A DNA stretch of 63,089 nt, the filler included, from Deltaproteobacteria bacterium (GTDB lineage Bacteria > JACQOV01): NCBI GenBank assembly GCA_016202395.1. It is 4 parts of 4 records of this genome, joined end to end, with 100 filler letters (N's around TTAATTAATTAA, not from the genome) between each part and the next. Parts side by side here need not be neighbours in the genome. Positions count along the whole stretch, not along the records: positions 30,471 to 46,804 come from JACQOV010000048.1; positions 46,905 to 56,982 come from JACQOV010000053.1; 2 more parts are not named here. One strand, written 5' to 3'. The notes under the pieces were generated by a model that searched no databases, had not been told where the DNA came from, and saw only the letters and a list, made by a program, of their open reading frames with translations. Positions 45,142-54,890 of this stretch are shown here, in pieces. Every line of letters starts with the position of its first letter. Position 1 is the stretch's first letter. The position numbers and the translations under genes were made by a program.

Positions 45142-46281
45142 ATGGGGAATCGCTTTTTGAGTAACAGTCTGTTTTCTCTGTTTGCCTGTCTGTCTGGGAT
45201 AGTTGGAATCGCACACGCTCAGGATAGTCCAATTCAATACTTCCATCCCGATCACCTCGGCTCTGCAAGCCTTGTTACGAAGCAAAACGCCGTCGTCGTG
45301 GAATCGATCGCTTATGCCCCTTTTGGAGAAATCTTAACCCCTCACCTTTCATCCTCTCCCCAGAGGGGAGAGGAAAGAGGTGAGGGGGCTTCGTATCTGT
45401 TTACCAATCAAGAACTCGATCCCGAATCCGATCTCTATGACTACGGCGCCCGATTTTATGATGCTGCCTTATCTCGTTTTGTAAGCACCGATCGGGTTCT
45501 GGAAAATCCCCCCTATGCGTACGTCCACAACAATCCCATTCAGAGAACGGATCCTAATGGAAAAGACGATGAGAATTTTCAAGAATTGCTGGACCAATTC
45601 CAGGAGGCAGCCAAGGAAGTTGCACGAGCAGAATCTGACCTGGATCGGCAGGTTACTGAACAGGTTGTAAAGGAGTATGGAATACGGTTGGATTCCCTAA
45701 CCATGGAACAAGTGATAGATATTGCAGGGCGTGCCGATGAAAATCCTGAAACAGAACCTGCTCGGACCAAAATTATGGAGTCAGAGAGTGTGGCCAGAAG
45801 GATTGCTGAACAACTCAAGTGGGAAATAGACGAAAATCCAGAGCTGATCGAGGAACTAAACGGACGCCACCTCAAACTTTATCTAAGGCTCACCGGAGGT
45901 CTCAGGGACACCTATAATTTTAGCCCCGTGGAGAATCCCAATAACGGGCCGATGGTGTTTCCAGTAACACCAGGGGCCTCGGCGCCGACGACATGGAGTG
46001 GAAGTATGCATCCCCCAGGCATCCGCGATTTCATAATCTATGCCATCCTTGCCATAAATATCCCATGGAATACAGGACGAGAGGCATTGCCGATTCAAAC
46101 GCCAGGCCCACGGGATGGAATCTCCTGCATGGGAATTGCCTGTAGTTCGGCCGAAGTTCTAGGAAAGAACCTGGTCCTTCTGTACGCTCCGCTCACCCTT
46201 TTCATGACGGGGGGCGGTGGAGGAGCCGTTTTCACGGACGAGGCGTGGTGGGCTTGGCGCGCCGCCGCAGCCGTACCCTAA
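45142..46281 (+). CDS. Signal peptide + Rhs-associated core + C-terminal domain (mini-Rhs)
   Basis: AHA signal cleavage, then YFHPDHLGS, YAPFGE, YLFTNQELD, YDYGARFYD, NNPIQRTDPNG and a ~240-aa C-terminal extension. Confidence 0.85.
   Translation: MGNRFLSNSLFSLFACLSGIVGIAHAQDSPIQYFHPDHLGSASLVTKQNAVVVESIAYAPFGEILTPHLSSSPQRGEERGEGASYLFTNQELDPESDLYDYGARFYDAALSRFVSTDRVLENPPYAYVHNNPIQRTDPNGKDDENFQELLDQFQEAAKEVARAESDLDRQVTEQVVKEYGIRLDSLTMEQVIDIAGRADENPETEPARTKIMESESVARRIAEQLKWEIDENPELIEELNGRHLKLYLRLTGGLRDTYNFSPVENPNNGPMVFPVTPGASAPTTWSGSMHPPGIRDFIIYAILAINIPWNTGREALPIQTPGPRDGISCMGIACSSAEVLGKNLVLLYAPLTLFMTGGGGGAVFTDEAWWAWRAAAAVP
45338..45387. repeat. REP-like hairpin in frame inside the Rhs core
   Basis: CCCCTCACCT..TCCTCTCCCC-AGA-GGGGAGAGGA..AGGTGAGGGG, read as PHLSSSPQRGEERGEG. 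Confidence 0.8.
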
Positions 46282-46311
46282 AGGGATGGACCCATTGATA
46301 AAGCAATTCCC

Positions 46312-46575
46312 TCACTTCCATCGGTCGATGAGGCGATGAGTCCCAACAAATAAAAGCTCGACTTCTCCTTCGCTTCGTCGACACACAGCTCGATAAGGAA
46401 AATCGATATAGAATTCCCAATAACCAGTCTCACCCAATCGATGCATTTTGAGAGAGGGATGATATGGATTTCCCACAAGGAATCGGAGTTGTTTATCTAC
46501 TTTTTGCTGAATTTGCCAAGGCAGTTGTCGATAATTCTTTTTAAAAGAAGGGGCTGTAATTATTTTTTGAGCCAT
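46312..46575 (-). CDS. RelE/ParE-superfamily toxin
   Basis: SFKKNYRQLP, NPYHPSLKMHRL, YRAV, VGTH. Confidence 0.85.
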   Translation of the reverse strand: MAQKIITAPSFKKNYRQLPWQIQQKVDKQLRFLVGNPYHPSLKMHRLGETGYWEFYIDFPYRAVCRRSEGEVELLFVGTHRLIDRWK

Positions 46576-46804
46576 CGAATAAGATCTTCCGCGTTAGAAA
46601 AGGAACTTCCCTTCCCTTTTTCAATCTCTTCAACCGCTTTTTGCATCTTCTTTTGAACTTGAGTTGTATAAAACCAAAGTTGATCTTTAGGAACAGTTAC
46701 AATAGGGACCACTCGAACAGCATTCCCTTCCAACTCAAAACCAAGGGCGTCCCCTTCCCTAAGCCCTAAGGCTTTACGAATGGAGGCAGGAATACTGACT
46801 TGAC
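46560..46804 (-). CDS. AbrB/MazE antitoxin (5' end lost at contig end)
   Basis: Minus-strand QVSIPASIRKALGLREGD...DQLWFYT...EDLIRWLKK*. Confidence 0.85.
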
Positions 46805-46904
46805 NNNNNNNNNNNNNNNNNNNNNNNNNNNNNNNNNNNNNNNNNNNNTTAATTAATTAANNNNNNNNNNNNNNNNNNNNNNNNNNNNNNNNNNNNNNNN
46901 NNNN
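46805..46904. other. Artificial contig linker
   Basis: N44-TTAATTAATTAA-N44. Confidence 0.98.
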
Positions 46905-47008
46905 CTAATCGCTGGTTTGAAAGCCTGGATATTATTTGGACAACTGTTCGGACAACGACGCATTCATGGTCTCCACAAAAGATTAGACGGTTATGTCACA
47001 TCACTTAG

Positions 47009-48019
47009 CGCGTTTGTATTAGTGAAGTCTATTTATATGATTTGGGTTTTAATGTGCAGGTTCAGCTTACAAAAGCATCGCTGAGTCAGATACGTCCAAG
47101 TATTTATGGAAATCACGTTATTTGGAATGATGGAAGGAATGGAAATTATTATGACATTTATGTTTACGATTTAAGTGTTGATTCAGATGGAGATGGTATT
47201 CCCAACTATCTTGAAGATGTAATCGATGATGGGGATCCTAGTGATCATCGGCCCGATCCCGATCCTGCGGAGCGAATGATATACAGTCTAAAGAGCAGTA
47301 ACGGAGCCAGTTGGCCAAAGATTTATGGGAGCAAAATTGTTTGGTACGAACGGCGAGATGGAATTCAAGACGATGTTTTTCTCTATGATCTGGAAGATCC
47401 ACGTCCCGATTCAGAAGAGATTCAGATCACATTTGATGGAGAGGATCAAACAGCTGTAGATATTTATCAAAATTTTATCATCTGGAAAGAAGCAGGCATG
47501 ATCTGCCTCTATGATTTAAACGTTGACTCTGACGGAGATAGAATCTCGAATTATTTAGAGGATGTTCGCTTAAATCCCGATCCCGCTAAGATTCAGATCA
47601 CTTATTCAGGAGAGAGTAGTAATCCATCAATCTTTAATAATAAAGTTGTCTGGACGGACAAGAGACATGGTAATAACGATATTTATTTATATGATTTGGA
47701 TGTCGATTCAGATGGTGATGAGGTTCCGAATTATCTTGATGAGGACTTGTATTTCGATTTTAAAGATCTGCCGTCAGCTTCAGAAATATTAGGATATGAT
47801 GGAATTGCACGTTTTCCTGATGCTGGGTCCGTAGAGACTTTTCGGCAGATGACTGCCTTGCCAAGGTTCAGATGGGGAGATCCTGCTGAGATTAGGATCA
47901 CGTCTAATGAAGCCAATCAAGACAATGCTAAGGTTTATGGGGATATCGTTGTGTGGGAAGACGAAAGAGATGGTGATAGCGATATTTACATGGTCAATCT
48001 ATCCCAAATTTTTCCTTAA
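47009..48019 (+). pseudogene. 5'-truncated beta-propeller repeat protein with DSDGDG loops
   Basis: Repeats PxIYGxxVVWxDxRxGxxDIYxYDL plus three DSDGDxxxNYL inserts. The frame begins mid-repeat (SEVYLYDL) after TAG 47006, with no signal peptide or good start. Confidence 0.6.
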
Positions 48020-48128
48020 GGATACAAAATCTTCGAGGTGGGCCTCTCCAAAGGATGAGTTTCAGTTTTTTTGGGGAGAGGTGAGGAGATTGACGAGAGG
48101 GGTGTGAAGTTGTAATCATCGAGGGGTC

Positions 48129-48581
48129 TTGAATCCTTTAAGCCTCTTTAAGGTTGTTTATGGAACTGCGGCAACGTTGGTGAGGGATCTCACACAGCAT
48201 GAGGCCCACACCGATGAGGAGGCCTTTAACCCTGTTCTTCGAACGCGACACTACGCGGAGCCTCCTGAGGTCTTGTGGAACGTTCTCTCGCAGTTGATTA
48301 TGGAGAAGTTCTCTCACTGGGGACTCGAGAGTCGCGATTCCGTCCGAAAAACGATCCACGCCACGCGGCAAACCCCCACTTTCCGATTTACCGACGACGT
48401 TCGGATTGAGATTCAGCCAAATGGAGTCGGCTCCATGGTCGATGCGAAATCTTCTTCGCGGGTGGGTATCGCTGATTTTGGTCAGAATCGTCGCAACATC
48501 GTTGAACTTTTTAACTATCTTGATACGGAACTCGATACTTATCGTCGATTCCTTCGATCGGGGCTCTCTCAAGGGCTTTAA
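48129..48581 (+). CDS. DUF1499-like protein
   Basis: FRFTDDV, SSSRVGIADFGQNRRNI. Confidence 0.8.
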   Translation: MNPLSLFKVVYGTAATLVRDLTQHEAHTDEEAFNPVLRTRHYAEPPEVLWNVLSQLIMEKFSHWGLESRDSVRKTIHATRQTPTFRFTDDVRIEIQPNGVGSMVDAKSSSRVGIADFGQNRRNIVELFNYLDTELDTYRRFLRSGLSQGL

Positions 48582-48595
48582 TTTATGGTGCCCTT

Positions 48596-49585
48596 GTGAT
48601 TATTCCGAATTGGTATCACCAGCCAGGGAAACACTGCGGATCGGTAGCTCTCAGTGACATTGCTCATTTCCAAGGTCACTCTCTCTCAGAGCCTTTTTGC
48701 TTTGGATTGGGAGAGGGGCTTGCGTTCTATTCTTTGTCCACGCCAGGGCAAAGCCCCAGTCATCGTATTTTTCTTCGATGTGCTGATCTGGAGGGGAATT
48801 TTTTTCGAAATATCGGCATCCCTTTCGAGTGGAAAACGGAAACCGATCCAGAAGCAGCTTTGGAGCTGGCCGAGAAGGCGCTAGAACGAGGGGCGCCCGT
48901 TTTACTTCGGACCGATCTTCGCCATCTCGACTATTATCAAACCAAAACCCATTTTGCGGGGCATGCCATCGTCCTTTGGGGGATCGATCGTGGCCAAGGA
49001 AAAGCCTATGTTTCCGACACTCATTGGGAAGGATTGCAAGAGCTCCCGATTGAATCATTGAAGAAAGCGCGATGGGTTGAATCGTTTCCCATTAGCGTTC
49101 AGAACGATTATTTTGAAGCGGTGATTTTTAAACTTCCCAAAGATTGGGCTCCTGTTTTGCGAAGCGCCTTAAAAAAGAATGCGGAAGCGATGCTCTCTGC
49201 GGGGCCTTTGGAAGGGGCTTGCGGCGTTTTAGGGATAGAGTCTCTTTCCAAGGAGTTTCCTCGATGGATTGAGAAGGAGGATCGCGCATGGATCGGGCGA
49301 TTTTTTTATCAAACCATCGAAAAACGGGGTACTGGAGGAGGGGCCTTCCGTCGGCTCTATGCCGATTTTTTGGAGGAGGCTTGCCCCAAGGTTCCGGAGC
49401 TTCAGAGTTGGAAGGGGGCCGAACAGATGCGCCAGATCGCCGATCTTTGGACCGAGGTGGCTTTGCAGATGAAGGAGTTTAGCGAAGCCGATCGGAGTGA
49501 CCTTTTATCGAAAACAGCAGGTCTGATGGCCCGTTTAGCCTCCCAAGAAAAGGCCCTGTACCAATCCCTTTGCAGCTTGATTTAG
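48596..49585 (+). CDS. BtrH N-terminal/DUF4872 (papain-like fold) protein
   Basis: GKHCGS, FGLGEGL, LDYY..HFAGH, IEKRGTGGGAFRRLYADFL. Confidence 0.8.
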   Translation: MIIPNWYHQPGKHCGSVALSDIAHFQGHSLSEPFCFGLGEGLAFYSLSTPGQSPSHRIFLRCADLEGNFFRNIGIPFEWKTETDPEAALELAEKALERGAPVLLRTDLRHLDYYQTKTHFAGHAIVLWGIDRGQGKAYVSDTHWEGLQELPIESLKKARWVESFPISVQNDYFEAVIFKLPKDWAPVLRSALKKNAEAMLSAGPLEGACGVLGIESLSKEFPRWIEKEDRAWIGRFFYQTIEKRGTGGGAFRRLYADFLEEACPKVPELQSWKGAEQMRQIADLWTEVALQMKEFSEADRSDLLSKTAGLMARLASQEKALYQSLCSLI

Positions 49586-49659
49586 CTGCGATAAATGGCT
49601 TGATATTCCTTGCGTTTTTGGTTATTCTGCGCAGGTAATGCATTCACTGGAGGGTTTCT

Positions 49660-50421
49660 ATGGCAGCCTCCTACCGTGGTTCTATCTTAGTTGTTGAGGA
49701 CGAAAAGCCTCTTCGAACCAATCTTCAATCCCTTTTGAAAAGTCTGGGGTATACCGTTTTTGGCGTCGAACGAGGGGAAGAAGGGTTGACACACCTTCAG
49801 GCCCGCAAGATCGATCTTGTGGTGACCGATATCCGCCTTCCCGGGATGACAGGGCTGGGTCTCGTTGAGCAGATCCATAAAAATTATCCTGGAACACAGG
49901 TGGTGGTCATCACCGGTTATGGCACACTCGATACCGCGATCCAGGCGATGCGAATGGGGGCGCAGGATTACATCCAAAAGCCGTTCGATTTTGATCTCCT
50001 TCGCTTGACCATTGAGAGGGTCATGGAGAGAATTGAGCTTCGTTGTCAGATTGAAGAGGAGCAACGAAAAGTTTTAGAGTATGCGCGCGATCTCGAAAAA
50101 ACCAACGAGGAGCTCAAAAGGACTCAAACAGCGCTCCTGGAGAAAGAGCGGGCAGAGGCCATTCACCAACTGGCAGGGGCAGCGGCTCATGAGCTCAATC
50201 AGCCTTTGATGGTCATTCTGGGAGCCGCAGAGATGCTGAAAAAAGAGCTGACACGGAATGCAAAAGTCAGAGCGCGTGTGGAGACCATTGCGCAGCAGGC
50301 GGATCGGATGGCCGATCTTGTTCGAAAGATTGGGAAGATAACCCGCTACGAAACACGTTCCTATGCGGGGGGGAAAGAGATCTTAGATCTGGAGGAATCT
50401 TCTTCTCCTAAAAACTCTTGA
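49660..50421 (+). CDS. Response regulator receiver + HisKA domain (no HATPase)
   Basis: VVEDE, TDIRLPG, DYIQKP; then AGAAAHELNQPL, ending without N/G boxes. Confidence 0.85.
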   Translation: MAASYRGSILVVEDEKPLRTNLQSLLKSLGYTVFGVERGEEGLTHLQARKIDLVVTDIRLPGMTGLGLVEQIHKNYPGTQVVVITGYGTLDTAIQAMRMGAQDYIQKPFDFDLLRLTIERVMERIELRCQIEEEQRKVLEYARDLEKTNEELKRTQTALLEKERAEAIHQLAGAAAHELNQPLMVILGAAEMLKKELTRNAKVRARVETIAQQADRMADLVRKIGKITRYETRSYAGGKEILDLEESSSPKNS

Positions 50422-50458
50422 CAGGATCTTAACGGAGATCTATTGTACAGGAGAGCTC

Positions 50459-51589
50459 ATGATCAATCTGAACCAGGTAGAATCGGTTCGGCAATTCAAC
50501 GGTGACCCCAATTACGTCAGCAGCCTCTACCTTCGATTTGATTCGCAGCGTCCCAAGGCGGGTGCCGACGCTCTAGCAGTCAAGAGCATTATCCAAACCA
50601 AAAAGAGGAAGTTAGCGCGGTGGGGGCTTACGACCCATCAACAACAGGAGGTCTCTAGAGATCTTGGCCGAATCCAAGACTTTGTGAACGAGGGGCTGGA
50701 CCGTCGCTCCAGCAATGGCCTGGCTCTCTTTGCTTGTGGTCCTCGGAAGCTGTGGGAGGTGATTTACCTTCCTCAAGGGTTCCCCTCCGACCTCTTCATC
50801 AACCCAAAACCTCACATCACTCCGCTCCTTTCTTTAATTCAGCAGTACCATCGCTGGGGGGTATTGCTTGTAGATCGAGGTCGAGCCCGCTTTGTCGAGG
50901 TCTATTTAGGGGCTGTGGGGGAGCGGATAACGATCAACAGCGATGTCCCTCCTAAAGTGAAGGCCGGAGGATTTGCAGGTTACTCCGCAAAACGGATTGC
51001 GCGTCATATTGAAGATCGCGTTCATCAGCATTGGAAAGAGGTGGCCGATCAGGTCTTCCGCTATTTCAAGCAAAATCGGTTTGACTTCCTGATCTTGGGG
51101 GGGAATTTGGCAACGCTTAAAGAGTTTTGGGGATCTCTTCACCCTTATCTTGAGGAGAGGATTGTCGATCAATGGGCAGTTCCTATTCAAATATCGCTCT
51201 CCGAGGTGTTGCAGAGAACCTCGGAGGTCGAGATGAAATTGCGGCGTCAATGGGGAGATGAAAAAGTGGGGGAGCTTCAAGAGAAGCAGAAACTTGGGAA
51301 AGCGGTATTGGGGGTCCGAGAAACCTTAAAGGCGTTGCAATTGGGTCGCCTTGCCTCCCTCTATTTGGTGGAGCCTTTCAAGGTTTCAGGGACCCATTGT
51401 TCTTCATGCGACTATCTGGGGGAGAGAGGGGAGAGGCGGTGTCCTCACTGCGCGCAGCCGTTGGAGAAGATTCCCGATCTCGGTGAGGAGGTGGCCCGCC
51501 AAGTTCTGGGGAAAAATCGGCCGGTAGAGTATGTTCCCGCAGGGGGAAGGTTGGAGCGTTTTGGAAAGATGGGAGGTCTTTTGATTTAA
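50459..51589 (+). CDS. Bacterial eRF1/aRF1-like release factor (baeRF1 type)
   Basis: SLYL N-domain, GLALF, LLVDRGRAR, AGGFAGYSAKRIAR loop, LILGG, LGVRETLKAL, CxxC..CxxC ribbon. Confidence 0.75.
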   Translation: MINLNQVESVRQFNGDPNYVSSLYLRFDSQRPKAGADALAVKSIIQTKKRKLARWGLTTHQQQEVSRDLGRIQDFVNEGLDRRSSNGLALFACGPRKLWEVIYLPQGFPSDLFINPKPHITPLLSLIQQYHRWGVLLVDRGRARFVEVYLGAVGERITINSDVPPKVKAGGFAGYSAKRIARHIEDRVHQHWKEVADQVFRYFKQNRFDFLILGGNLATLKEFWGSLHPYLEERIVDQWAVPIQISLSEVLQRTSEVEMKLRRQWGDEKVGELQEKQKLGKAVLGVRETLKALQLGRLASLYLVEPFKVSGTHCSSCDYLGERGERRCPHCAQPLEKIPDLGEEVARQVLGKNRPVEYVPAGGRLERFGKMGGLLI

Positions 51590-51590
51590 C

Positions 51591-51983
51591 ATGAGAACGG
51601 ATATTCATTATCGCCACATGCAAGGAAGCGGCCTATTAGAAGAAAAGATTCAGGAGAAAATAACGAAGTTGAGGAAACTTCTTCCCTCGTTTCCGGAAGA
51701 TGCCGTTCATCTTCAGGTTGTTTTTGAAAAGCATCCTAAACGGGAGGAGTACATCTCTTCTTTGAATCTTTCGTTCCCTCAAAGGACGCTCTATGTGAGT
51801 GACAAAGAGGCCGATCCGCTCTTTGCGGTTCATGAGGCCTTCAATGAACTCTTTCATCGCGTCAAGAAGTTTAAGAGCAAGCTCAATCAGGAACGGGAGA
51901 TGGGGCGACGACGCCAAAAGAAGATAGAGCCGAGTTCGGTTGAGTTTGAGAGTGTGGAGATCGTCTCCGGCCCTAGTGACTAG
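51591..51983 (+). CDS. HPF/RaiA-family ribosome-associated protein
   Basis: MRTDIHYRHM...EKITKLRKLL...DPLFAVHEAFNELFHRVKKFKSK S30AE-like pattern. Confidence 0.7.
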   Translation: MRTDIHYRHMQGSGLLEEKIQEKITKLRKLLPSFPEDAVHLQVVFEKHPKREEYISSLNLSFPQRTLYVSDKEADPLFAVHEAFNELFHRVKKFKSKLNQEREMGRRRQKKIEPSSVEFESVEIVSGPSD

Positions 51984-52005
51984 CCTGTTTTTAGATTTTA
52001 AGGTG

Positions 52006-52388
52006 GGCCAAGAAGTTTCTGGGCTTGTTGGTGGGAAAAGTTCACGGGGATGTTTTTTCTCGCTTCACTCACAAGATTTTTGGCCCCTCTAAGGCTCGGT
52101 CGCTCGATTTCTGAAAATGAAGTTAACAACCATGACCTAATTCCTTGCATTTCGGAGATTCTCGTTTCGAGAATCTTCAACTCGGCCTTCGGCCTCAAAC
52201 AGCCCGCCTGCAACGTCTGCGGCGTAGCCGCTGCGGGCAGGCAGAAATCGGCCCTTTCCCGCCTTTGGCGGGGTCCCGCCAAAGGCGGTGGCAGTGGCTA
52301 GGCGAGAAATGCTAGCGAGTTCAGAGACCTACCTCCCCTAAAGGGCGCTCCCAAAATTTCTTGCGTGGGCGGGAAGAACTTCTTGGCC
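52006..52388. mobile_element. ~380-bp composite palindromic element
   Basis: 12-bp IR GGCCAAGAAGTT/AACTTCTTGGCC; nested CCCGCCTTTGGCGGG/CCGCCAAAGGCGG and GATTCTCG/CGAGAATC stems; 52024-52082 is nearly repeated at 56825-56883. Confidence 0.65.
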
Positions 52389-52477
52389 TCTTCTTGACAT
52401 CCAAGGCTACCGTGCATAACTTCACCCTAGAGCTTTAAGTGCAGTGGAATTTTTTGTTATGGAAAGGAGCCTAAACC

Positions 52478-54367
52478 ATGGGGAAAATTATTGGTATTGA
52501 CCTAGGAACCACCAACTCCGTTGTGGCCATTATGGAGGGGGGGGAGCCCAAGGTGCTCATTAATGAAGAGGGGAGTCGTCTGACCCCCTCTGTTGCGGGC
52601 TTCACTAAAGACGGTGAGATTTTGGTGGGACAAGTGGCCAAACGTCAGGCGGTAACCAATCCTGAAAACACCGTTTACTCGATTAAACGATTCATGGGGC
52701 GTCGTTACAATGAGGTCCCCGAAGAGATCAAGATGGTTCCTTATAAGGTCATCAACGTGAAGAACGGGGATGTGAGGATTGCCACTGGAGGGAAAGAATG
52801 GTCTCCCTCTGAGATTTCCGCGAAGATCCTGCAAAAACTTAAGAAAGCGGCCGAAGACTATCTGGGTGAGCCGGTGAAAGAGGCGGTCATCACCGTCCCT
52901 GCCTATTTTAATGATAGCCAACGCCAAGCGACCAAGGATGCGGGGCGAATCGCGGGGCTTGATGTCAAACGAATCATCAATGAGCCCACCGCGGCGGCTC
53001 TAGCCTATGGGTTAGACAAAAAGAAGGACGAGAAGATTGCGGTTTACGATTTCGGAGGGGGAACGTTTGATATTTCGATCCTCGAAGTAGGGGATAACGT
53101 CGTCGAGGTTAAGTCGACCAACGGAGATACCCATCTGGGAGGGGACGACTTTGATCAACGGATCATCGATTGGCTTGTCGCCGAGTTTAAAAAGGATCAA
53201 GGGATTGACTTGAGCAAGGATAAGATGGCGTTGCAACGCTTAAAGGAGGCGGCAGAGAAGGCCAAGATTGAGCTTTCAAGTCGAACCGAAACAGAGATCA
53301 ATCTCCCTTTTGTCACGGCCGACGCTTCGGGTCCTAAACACCTCAATATTCGTCTTAGCCGGACTCAATTCGAACGGATGATCGAAGATCTGGTGGAACG
53401 GAGTGTGGGTCCCTGTAAAAAGGCATTGAAGGATTCAGGGCTCGATTCCAGTCAGATTGATGAGGTGGTTTTGGTTGGAGGTTCCACTCGAGTCCCAAAA
53501 ATCCAGGAGTTAGTCAAGAAACTCTTTGGAAAAGAACCTAACCGAACTGTGAATCCCGATGAGGTGGTGGCGGTTGGAGCTGCGGTTCAAGCAGGGATTC
53601 TTGCGGGGGATGTGAAGGATCTGTTGCTTCTAGATGTGACCCCTCTTTCTTTGGGAATTGAAACGTTGGGAGGGGTGATGACCCGTTTAATCGAGAGGAA
53701 TACCACGATTCCCACTCGAAAGAGCCAAGTCTTTACAACGGCGGGAGATAGTCAAACCAGTGTGGAGATTCATGTGCTTCAGGGGGAACGGGAGATGGCT
53801 CGAGACGGCCGGACTTTGGGGCGATTCCATTTAGTGGGGATTCCGCCTGCCCCTCGAGGAGTTCCTCAAATTGAGGTGACTTTCGACATCGATGCCAATG
53901 GGATTGTCAACGTCTCGGCCAAGGATATGGCGACGGCCAAAGAGCAGAAGATTACGATTACCGCCTCCAGTGGCTTGAACGAGGAGGAGATCAAGAAGAT
54001 GGTTCGGGACGCAGAGTCTCACGCCGAAGAGGACAAGCAACGACGGGAGCAAGTGGATACGCGAAACCATCTCGACAGCCTGATCTACAGCACCGAAAAG
54101 TTGTTGAATGAAAATAAAGAGAAGATTACAGAGCCGGATCGAAAGCCGATTGAAGAGGCTCTCGAAGAGGGGAGGCAAGCCCTCAAGTCTGAGGAACTTT
54201 CAGCCATGAAGTCTGCGATGGAGCGGATCACACAGGTCTCTCACAAGATCGCAGAGGTTCTTTATCGGCAGGCCCAAACGACCTCTTCGCCTGGAGAAGA
54301 AGAGAAGAAGGCGAAGACGGGAACCAATGATGATGTGATTGACGCTCAGTATGAGGATAAATCTTAG
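52478..54367 (+). CDS. dnaK: Chaperone DnaK
   Basis: [36 protein letters not shown]. Confidence 0.98.
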   Translation: MGKIIGIDLGTTNSVVAIMEGGEPKVLINEEGSRLTPSVAGFTKDGEILVGQVAKRQAVTNPENTVYSIKRFMGRRYNEVPEEIKMVPYKVINVKNGDVRIATGGKEWSPSEISAKILQKLKKAAEDYLGEPVKEAVITVPAYFNDSQRQATKDAGRIAGLDVKRIINEPTAAALAYGLDKKKDEKIAVYDFGGGTFDISILEVGDNVVEVKSTNGDTHLGGDDFDQRIIDWLVAEFKKDQGIDLSKDKMALQRLKEAAEKAKIELSSRTETEINLPFVTADASGPKHLNIRLSRTQFERMIEDLVERSVGPCKKALKDSGLDSSQIDEVVLVGGSTRVPKIQELVKKLFGKEPNRTVNPDEVVAVGAAVQAGILAGDVKDLLLLDVTPLSLGIETLGGVMTRLIERNTTIPTRKSQVFTTAGDSQTSVEIHVLQGEREMARDGRTLGRFHLVGIPPAPRGVPQIEVTFDIDANGIVNVSAKDMATAKEQKITITASSGLNEEEIKKMVRDAESHAEEDKQRREQVDTRNHLDSLIYSTEKLLNENKEKITEPDRKPIEEALEEGRQALKSEELSAMKSAMERITQVSHKIAEVLYRQAQTTSSPGEEEKKAKTGTNDDVIDAQYEDKS

Positions 54368-54369
54368 AT

Positions 54370-54420
54370 GTCATCCCCGCGAAGCTTGTCCCCGACAGCG
54401 ATCGGGGAGCGGGGATCCAG
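54370..54420. repeat. Single GTCATCCCCGC REP unit with a nested hairpin
   Basis: GTCATCCCCGCGAAG[CTTGTCCCCGACAGCGATCGGGG]AGCGGGGATCCAG. Confidence 0.75.
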
Positions 54421-54438
54421 ACAAGGAGGTTGACGAAC

Positions 54439-54882
54439 ATGGCTATTGTCAGATGGGATCCGTTTCGTGATTTAGTCGCCCTTCAGGAGAGAATGAACCG
54501 TCTATTCGAGGACACCTTGACTCGCTCCCGTGTTCCAGAAGAGGGTTTAGTTCCCGGAGGGTGGTCTCCGTCCGTTGATATTTATGAAACAGATGCTGAG
54601 ATTATATTGAAGGCGGAACTGCCGGGGGTGGACCGGAATAAGATTAATCTCGAGGTCAAAGACAACGTGCTCATCTTGAAGGGGGAGCGTAGCTTTGAAA
54701 AGGACGTGAAGGAAGAGAATTATCATCGGATTGAGCGGGGTTACGGAGGGTTTCAGCGAAGCTTTACCCTTCCCACCTCGGTCGACCGGAACAAGATTAA
54801 GGCAAAATACAAAGACGGGATTTTAGAGGTTTCTGTTCCGAAGAGCGAACCGGATCGCGCCAAGCAGATCAGCATCGACTAA
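54439..54882 (+). CDS. Hsp20/alpha-crystallin small heat-shock protein
   Basis: WDPF, PSVDIYE, ERGYGGFQRSFTLP, AKYKDGIL. Confidence 0.95.
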   Translation: MAIVRWDPFRDLVALQERMNRLFEDTLTRSRVPEEGLVPGGWSPSVDIYETDAEIILKAELPGVDRNKINLEVKDNVLILKGERSFEKDVKEENYHRIERGYGGFQRSFTLPTSVDRNKIKAKYKDGILEVSVPKSEPDRAKQISID

Positions 54883-54890
54883 GCGGAGGA

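Noticed and set aside
46905-47017. Named IS end at the contig start
   Set aside because: Too short; no partner repeat or transposase frame can be supported.
51998-52301. ORFs 51998-52282 and 52050-52301
   Set aside because: They lie within the palindromic composite element and show no recognisable protein features.
52419-52445. CIRCE operator before dnaK (ACTTCACCC-N9-AAGTGCAGT)
   Set aside because: The spacing fits, but only 9 of 18 consensus positions match.
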